From an uncultured Solirubrobacterales bacterium (GTDB lineage Bacteria > Actinomycetota > Thermoleophilia > Solirubrobacterales > 70-9): 64,000 bases of DNA. The first letter of the stretch is position 1; each line of letters opens with the position of its first letter. The notes below the pieces were generated by a model. It was given only the letters and a program-made list of their open reading frames with translations, ran no database searches and was not told the origin of the DNA. This document shows, in pieces, positions 58,876 through 64,000 of this stretch. The position numbers and the translations under genes were made by a program. Location of the stretch: positions 5,420 through 69,419 of the forward strand of contig CAWJCP010000010.1 of assembly GCA_963841445.1 (NCBI GenBank). The letters run 5' to 3'.

Positions 58876-60090
58876 GTGAGACCTATGAAGGCAGCACAAA
58901 AGTCCAGTCCAGGCAGCAGCGAGGCTGCCGAGAAGTCCGGCCTCTCGCCCGGCGAGATGATGCGCCTGCTGCAGTTCGGCATCATCGTCACGGACTCGAG
59001 CGGGACGGTGATCGAGGTCAGCGAGACCGCGAGACAACTCGTCGCCGAGAATGGTGCGGAATTGCCCGAGGGCACGACTTGCTGCTCGCTTTTCGGGTGC
59101 CTGCAGCGCGAGCCGATCGCCCGGCATTGCATCACCGAGCTTGCTGCTCGCTCCAAGGGCCCGCTGCCTGAGGTTCGCGTCGACCTCGCGCCGGAACGGC
59201 ATTCGGGCGCCGTCTGGATCACGGCGGCACCAGTGAGAAGGGATGGTTCGCAGGTCGTCATGCATCTGCGTCCAGCCGCAGTCGGCGACCGGCGTCGTCG
59301 CACTCGCCCGCACTGGATGGTCGCGCCACGTCTTCGAATCCACGCCCTCGGCCGGACCCGGGTCGAGGCCGAGGAGATCGCGATCGAGGGTGAGTGGCTC
59401 CTGAAGCGGCCGGGCCAGCTGCTCAAGTACCTGGTCTGCCAGCGAGGTCGGCCCGCGCACGTCGATGAGATCGTCGAGGCCCTCTGGCCGGAGGCGGGCC
59501 TCAACGGCCGAAACACAGTCCGCCACTACATCCATTCGCTGCGCGAGAGGGTGGAGCCGAACCGCTCGCCCCACACCCCCTCCTCGTTCATCACATCGGT
59601 CGGAAGCACCTACATGCTGGACCCTCGAGTGAGCATCGACGTCGATGAGTTCGAGGATCTTGTTGCTCTTGGCCTCGGAGAGTCCGCCCGGAGCGAGAAC
59701 GGCGGGCTGTCCGCAGTCGAGTGCCTGGAGCGGGCCCTGGACCTTTACAGAGGGGACCTGATCTCGGAAGAGCCGTTCGCCGAGTGGGCCTTTGCGGAGC
59801 GAGAGATGATGCGCAGCCTCGCCGGCAAGGCACTCAACCGCCTGGTCGACCACAATCTTGAGCGCGACGATCTGGCTGCTGCCACAACCCATCTCGAGCG
59901 CTCGACCGAGCTGCGTCCGCTCGATGCCGACGTCCAGATGCAGCTGATCGTCGTCTATCTTCGGCGGGGACGTCATACCGATGCCCAGCGCCGCTTCGCC
60001 GCTTTCCGACAGCGGCTGCTCGACGAATTCGGACAGGAGCCGGGCTTCACCCTCGCCGACCTCGCGTCCGGCCGCGAGGCGGGCGTCTAG
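58876..60090 (+). CDS. SARP/AfsR-DnrI-type regulator: N-terminal Cys-rich PAS-like domain + OmpR-type winged helix + BTAD
   Basis: PAS-like LLQFGIIVTDSSGTVIEVSETARQLV...; wHTH LRIHALGRTRVEAEEIAIEGEWLLKRPGQLLKYLVCQRGRPAHVDEIVEALWPE...VRHYIHSLRERVEP; BTAD VDEFEDLV...ALDLYRGDLISEEPFAEWAFAEREMMRSL...LRPLDADVQMQLIVVYLRRGRHTDAQRRFAAFRQRLLDEFGQEPG. The start is GTG 58876 or ATG 58885. Confidence 0.8.
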   Translation: MRPMKAAQKSSPGSSEAAEKSGLSPGEMMRLLQFGIIVTDSSGTVIEVSETARQLVAENGAELPEGTTCCSLFGCLQREPIARHCITELAARSKGPLPEVRVDLAPERHSGAVWITAAPVRRDGSQVVMHLRPAAVGDRRRRTRPHWMVAPRLRIHALGRTRVEAEEIAIEGEWLLKRPGQLLKYLVCQRGRPAHVDEIVEALWPEAGLNGRNTVRHYIHSLRERVEPNRSPHTPSSFITSVGSTYMLDPRVSIDVDEFEDLVALGLGESARSENGGLSAVECLERALDLYRGDLISEEPFAEWAFAEREMMRSLAGKALNRLVDHNLERDDLAAATTHLERSTELRPLDADVQMQLIVVYLRRGRHTDAQRRFAAFRQRLLDEFGQEPGFTLADLASGREAGV

Positions 60091-60191
60091 GTCCCGAAGT
60101 GACGCCGACGAACCGGGGGGCCTCGCGACCGGATGTCCTCCCGGCTCCAACGCCAAACCGCACTCCCCGATTCCGCTCACCGTGCAGTCCT

Positions 60192-60208
60192 GGTCGCCAT
60201 CGGCGACC
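60192..60208. promoter_or_regulatory. Inverted repeat GGTCGCC-ATC-GGCGACC upstream of bioB, next to a CACAAT -10-like hexamer; candidate bio operator
   Basis: 7-bp perfect arms read directly from the sequence, with CACAAT at 60214-60219, about 100 nt upstream of the bioB start. Confidence 0.3.
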
Positions 60209-60317
60209 CGGTGCACAATCGCGAAACCCAAACTAGTGGCCCGGGGGGATGGCGATGCGTCGGTCAGGCGCCGTCCGGGCGCGCTCGTAGCCTTGGCGCG
60301 ATCCTCCCCTCCGCCCG

Positions 60318-61517
60318 ATGCCGCCGCTGATCACCTTCGAAGAGGCCCTCGAGCTGGGCGCCCTCAGCGACCCTGACGAGATCGCGACCCTGGTCGAGCG
60401 CGCCTGGGAGGTGCGGCGCGAGAACTTCGGCGACTCGACCGACATGTGCTCGCTGGTCAACGCGAAGTCGGGCGGCTGCGCCGAGGACTGCGGCTTCTGC
60501 GCCCAATCGCGCTACGCCGAGGCCGACACGCCGATGCACGCGATGATGGAGCCGGAGCAGATGCTCGAGCACGCGCGGGCCGCGGAGGCGGCCGGCGCGC
60601 ACCGCTTCTGCATGGTCACCCAGGGCCAGGGGCTCTCGAAGCGTGACTTCGAGAAGGTGCTCTCCGGCGCTCGCCTGGTCGCCGAGAAGACGAACCTGAA
60701 GCGCTGCGCCTCGATCGGCCACATGTCGGCCGAGCGGGCGACGAAGCTGCGCGAGGCGGGGATCCAGCGCGTCCACCACAACGTCGAGTCCGCGCGCTCC
60801 CACTACCCGGAGGTCTCGAGCACGGTCCGCTACGAGGGGCGGCTGCGCACGATCCAGGCGGTCAAGGAGGCCGGCCTGGAGACCTGCGTCGGCGGCATCC
60901 TCAACCTCGGCGAGTCGCCGCGGCAGCGGGTCGAGATGGCCTTCGAGCTCTCCGGGATCAACCCGACCTCGGTGCCGATCAACCTGCTCAACCCGCGCTC
61001 CGGGACCAAGTTCGGCGACCGCGAGCTGATGGACCCCTGGGAGGTCGTGAAGTGGGTCGCGATCTTCCGCCTGATCATTCCCGGCGCCCTGTTCAGGCTC
61101 TGCGGCGGGCGGGTCGAGAACCTCGGCGAGCTGCAGCCACTGGCGGTCAAGGCGGGGCTGAACGGGGTGATGATGGGCAACTTCCTCACCACCCTCGGCG
61201 CCGAGCCGGAGGATGACCGCGGCATGTTCGAGGAGCTGGGGCTGAACGTGCGGCGCCAACCCGACAACGGCGCCAACCCGCGCCCCGACAACCGCTCCGG
61301 CTGGCTCGACGGCGAGGCGCCGAGCACCCCGATGGAGGAGCTGATCGACAGCCAGGCCGAGGCCGACTTCTGGGACCCCTCGACGCAGCTGCGGGTGATC
61401 AAGAAAAAGCAGAAGCCTCCGCCATACCCGAGACGAGATGATCCCGCCTCGAACCCCGCCGCTCCCGGACGCGAGGCGGAGGAAGCGGCGGGATTTGTTC
61501 CAGGCTGGGGCGACTGA
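60318..61517 (+). CDS. bioB: Biotin synthase with ~85-aa C-terminal extension
   Basis: ...SLVNAKSGGCAEDCGFCAQS (radical-SAM CxxxCxxC)...HRFCMVTQG...HHNVES...GGILNLGE... The conserved core ends near ...FEELGLNV. Confidence 0.9.
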   Translation: MPPLITFEEALELGALSDPDEIATLVERAWEVRRENFGDSTDMCSLVNAKSGGCAEDCGFCAQSRYAEADTPMHAMMEPEQMLEHARAAEAAGAHRFCMVTQGQGLSKRDFEKVLSGARLVAEKTNLKRCASIGHMSAERATKLREAGIQRVHHNVESARSHYPEVSSTVRYEGRLRTIQAVKEAGLETCVGGILNLGESPRQRVEMAFELSGINPTSVPINLLNPRSGTKFGDRELMDPWEVVKWVAIFRLIIPGALFRLCGGRVENLGELQPLAVKAGLNGVMMGNFLTTLGAEPEDDRGMFEELGLNVRRQPDNGANPRPDNRSGWLDGEAPSTPMEELIDSQAEADFWDPSTQLRVIKKKQKPPPYPRRDDPASNPAAPGREAEEAAGFVPGWGD

Positions 61518-62799
61518 GTTGTCAGACCTGGCCGACCGGCTGGAGGAACTGCGCAAGCGAGGCCTGCACCGACGGTTGAGGCTGATCAGCGGGCCACAGG
61601 GCCCCAATGTCCTGCTCGACGGCAACCCCGTCCTGCTGCTCTGCTCCAACAACTACCTCGGCCTCGCCGACCATCCGAAGGTTCGCGAGGCGGCCGCCGA
61701 CGCGGCGATGCGCTGGGGCGTCGGCGCCGGCGCCTCGCGGCTGATCTCGGGAAACATGAAGCCGCATCGCCATCTCGAGGAGCGTCTGGCCGCCTTCAAG
61801 GGCCAGGAGGCGGCGCTTCTCTTCGGGTCTGGGTACCTCGCCAACAGCGGCGCGATCGCCGCCCTCGCCCGCAACGGCGAGGTCGTCTTCTCCGATCAGC
61901 TCAACCACGCGAGCATCATCGACGGCTGCCGACTCGCCCGCGCCGAGACCTTCGCCTACCGCCACTGCGATCTCGACCACCTCGAGTGGGGCCTGCGCAA
62001 GGCGCAGGGGCGGGGCTCGCTGATCGTCACCGACGGGGTCTTCTCGATGGACGGGGACGTCGCACCGATCGCCGGCCTGGTCGAGCTCGCGCTCCGCTAC
62101 GACTGCCGGCTGATGGTCGACGAGGCGCACGCGACGGGCGCGATCGGCCCGGGCGGTCGCGGATCGGTTGCCGCGGCCGACCTCGCCGCTGAGGTCGACG
62201 TGATGGTCGGGACGCTCGGCAAGGCATTGGGCAGCTACGGCGCCTACGTCTGCGGCAGTCGCGTGCTGGTCGACTACCTGGTCAACGTCGCCCGCCCGTT
62301 CATCTTCTCCACCGCTCCGGCACCGCCGGTGGTAGCGGCGGCAAGCGCTGCCCTACAGCTGCTCGAGTCGAACCCGCAGCGGGTCGAGCGCCTGCAGGCG
62401 AACGCTCGCGCGATGCGCGAGGCGCTGCGCGCCGAGGGCCTGCGGGTCGGCGAGTCCGAGACCCAGATCCTGCCGGTGATCGTCGGCGATCCCGAGCCGA
62501 CCGTGGAGCTCTGCGAGCGGGCGCTGGAGCGGGGCGTGTTCGCGCAGGGGATCCGGCCCCCGACCGTGCCGGAGGGGACCTCGCGCCTGCGCCTGACGAC
62601 GATGGCGACCCATCGCGGCGCCGAGCTTCTGCGCGCCGCGAAGGTGATCGGCAACGCCGCCCACGAGCTGGGCCTGCTGGGCGAGCCGACGCAGCTCCCC
62701 GGGCCGGGAAGCAGACGCAGAGACGGAGCCGCAGCACCCGGAAGTCACGCCGTGGCTCGAAGAGGCGGCCTGAGAGACCTCTGCGCGGCGTCTTCGTAA
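61438..62799 (+). CDS. bioF: 8-amino-7-oxononanoate synthase
   Basis: ...LEELRKRGLHRRLRLISGPQGPNVLLDGNPVLLLCSNNYLGLADHPKV...SGYLANSGAIAAL...DEAHATG...GTLGKALGSYG (PLP Lys). The start is uncertain: ATG 61438 overlaps bioB by 80 nt, and TTG 61519 lies just after the bioB stop. Confidence 0.85.
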   Translation: MIPPRTPPLPDARRRKRRDLFQAGATELSDLADRLEELRKRGLHRRLRLISGPQGPNVLLDGNPVLLLCSNNYLGLADHPKVREAAADAAMRWGVGAGASRLISGNMKPHRHLEERLAAFKGQEAALLFGSGYLANSGAIAALARNGEVVFSDQLNHASIIDGCRLARAETFAYRHCDLDHLEWGLRKAQGRGSLIVTDGVFSMDGDVAPIAGLVELALRYDCRLMVDEAHATGAIGPGGRGSVAAADLAAEVDVMVGTLGKALGSYGAYVCGSRVLVDYLVNVARPFIFSTAPAPPVVAAASAALQLLESNPQRVERLQANARAMREALRAEGLRVGESETQILPVIVGDPEPTVELCERALERGVFAQGIRPPTVPEGTSRLRLTTMATHRGAELLRAAKVIGNAAHELGLLGEPTQLPGPGSRRRDGAAAPGSHAVARRGGLRDLCAASS

Positions 62800-63440
62800 C
62801 CGGGACCGGCACCGAGGTGGGAAAGACTGTGGTCGCCGCCGCCCTTGCCCGCTCGCGCGTCGCCGAGGGTCGCAGCGTCGCCGTATTCAAGCCCGCGGTA
62901 ACCGGGCTCGAGGAGCCGGGCGAGCCAGACCACGAGCTGCTTCGGCGCGCCGCCGCAAGCGCCCAGACCGACGATTCGATCGCCCCCTACCGCTATCAGC
63001 CACCCGTCTCACCGCATCTCGCCGCCGAGCTGGCCGGGGAGCGGATCGAACCCGAGCGGCTTCTCGACGCCGCCAAGCGCGCCGGCGCCGGCGCCGACTA
63101 CCTGGTCTGCGAGGGCGTCGGAGGCTTGCTGGTCCCGCTTGCGCCGGGCTACCTGGTCCGCGATCTCGTCTGCGATCTCGGGTTGCCGGTGGTCGTCGCC
63201 GCCTCAGCCGGGCTAGGGACGATCAACCACACTCTGCTGACGCTGGAAGCGGCGCACTCGGCCGGACTCGAGGTGGCAATGGTCGTGCTGACCCCATGGC
63301 CCGACGACCCCGACCCGGTGCAGGCGTCGAACCGCGAGACGCTCGAAGAGCTGGGCGGCGCGACGCTGACGACGCTGCCGCCGCTTGACCTGACTCGCCC
63401 CGAGGCGTGGCCGCGGCTCGAGCCGCCGGCCTGGGCCTGA
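62781..63440 (+). CDS. bioD: Dethiobiotin synthetase
   Basis: The conserved N-terminal P-loop (R)GVFVTGTGTEVGKT lies upstream of the track start (62817). The only start-like codon I see in that frame is CTG 62781, so the start is uncertain. The rest reads ...FKPAVTGLEE...VCEGVGGLLVPL... Confidence 0.75.
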   Translation: MRGVFVTGTGTEVGKTVVAAALARSRVAEGRSVAVFKPAVTGLEEPGEPDHELLRRAAASAQTDDSIAPYRYQPPVSPHLAAELAGERIEPERLLDAAKRAGAGADYLVCEGVGGLLVPLAPGYLVRDLVCDLGLPVVVAASAGLGTINHTLLTLEAAHSAGLEVAMVVLTPWPDDPDPVQASNRETLEELGGATLTTLPPLDLTRPEAWPRLEPPAWA

Positions 63441-63547
63441 AACCCTCGGCTTCTCCCAGGGAGCGCAAGCGACCGGTGCTCCGACCTGTGCTCGGTTTCG
63501 TCCGGGGCCGAAGTTGCACGTTTCCGCGCACCAATACGGTCCGGTAT

Positions 63548-64000
63548 TCAGGCATCGACCTGAGCGGCGGCGACGCTGCGCCGCGCCTCCTCCGCGACTG
63601 CGACTTCCGGCAGGGCCTTGGCACTCTCTGACGCCGCGCCCGGCGCGTCGACGCGCTTCGCCCGCGCGCCGCGCACCAGGGTCAGGGCGACAACGAGCCC
63701 CAGGACCACCACGAGAGCCGAGAGCAGCATCGCGCTCGCCAGCGCATCGACGAACGTGGCCCGGGCCTGCTCGGGCGCCGTCGCGAGCTGCGCCGGGTCA
63801 AAGCCGGAGCCGAGCTGGGACTGGAAGATCGCGCCGGTGGCGGCGATGCCGACCGAAGCGCCGATCATGCGAGACATCTGCAGGATCCCGGAGGCGACAC
63901 CCGACTTCTGCACGCTCACCGCGTTCATCGCAGCGGTCGACATCGGCGACATCACGAGGGCGATGCCGACTCCCATCAGGGTGAAGGGCACGATCAGACT
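63548..64000 (-). CDS. MFS (DHA2-type) transporter, C-terminal part; the 5' end lies beyond the right window edge
   Basis: ...PFTLMGVGIALVMSPMSTAAMNAVSVQKSGVASGILQMSRMIGASVGIAATGAIF... The track 'M' at 63991 is an internal GTG. The frame stays open to nt 64000. Confidence 0.7.
   Translation of the reverse strand, partial: SLIVPFTLMGVGIALVMSPMSTAAMNAVSVQKSGVASGILQMSRMIGASVGIAATGAIFQSQLGSGFDPAQLATAPEQARATFVDALASAMLLSALVVVLGLVVALTLVRGARAKRVDAPGAASESAKALPEVAVAEEARRSVAAAQVDA

Noticed and set aside
1-64000. Search for mobile elements, prophage, integrons, toxin-antitoxin pairs, defence systems, and rRNA, tRNA or tmRNA genes
   Set aside because: I found no transposase, integrase, recombinase, phage structural, Cas, restriction-modification or nuclease/ATPase defence-type signatures in any convincing ORF, and no tRNA-like sequences. 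The giant gene is therefore not obviously on a mobile island. Absence by eye is not proof; tRNAscan, Infernal and defence-system HMM scans would be decisive.

Overview
High-GC sequence (roughly 70% G+C by eye, not computed). It is a gene-dense chromosomal segment with actinobacterial-type gene content: F420-type FDOR, HemQ/ChdC, FprA, a DUF3618/holin-X trio and a SARP/BTAD regulator. The taxon is inference only. I can support about 60 protein-coding genes, usually 0-60 nt apart and often with 4-nt ATGA/GTGA overlaps. I recognised no rRNA, tRNA, CRISPR array, transposase or integrase. Many long ORFs in the six-frame track are Arg/Ala/Pro/Gly-rich shadow frames of real genes and were ignored.

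Left to right the window contains:
- a partial metE
- a cell-envelope GT4 fusion
- hemQ plus an FDOR
- an FprA-BolA-Grx4 / HesB (A-type carrier) redox and Fe-S locus
- a membrane-stress-like trio
- a leucine/isovalerate (liu)-like acyl-CoA operon with unusual members (BKACE enzyme, NTF2-like protein, embedded MerR, PKS-type acyltransferase)
- further acyl-CoA dehydrogenase, TetR and MFS genes
- a small decayed region
- glycerol/lipid genes (glpK, plsC)
- bioB-bioF-bioD

The standout is a ~10.4 kb gene (48142-58566, minus strand). It encodes a ~3,470-aa secreted mosaic protein with a dimethylformamidase-beta-like domain, DUF4082, Ig-like, deacetylase-like, Fn3 and two ConA/LamG-like modules. 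These are followed by seven essentially base-perfect 285-bp (95-codon) tandem repeats and a duplicated C-terminal module. A GH3 hexosaminidase-like gene follows it on the same strand. A PAS-like/wHTH/BTAD (SARP-type) regulator is transcribed divergently across an unusually AT-rich control region that carries direct repeats and a palindrome.

Other points worth a second look:
- a cluster of GC-rich hairpins and duplicated motifs upstream of the HesB-type gene
- a duplicated gene tail flanking a small ORF
- a frameshifted SGNH hydrolase
- two gene remnants
- candidate operators

All family assignments come from reading the translated motifs. None has been checked against a database.
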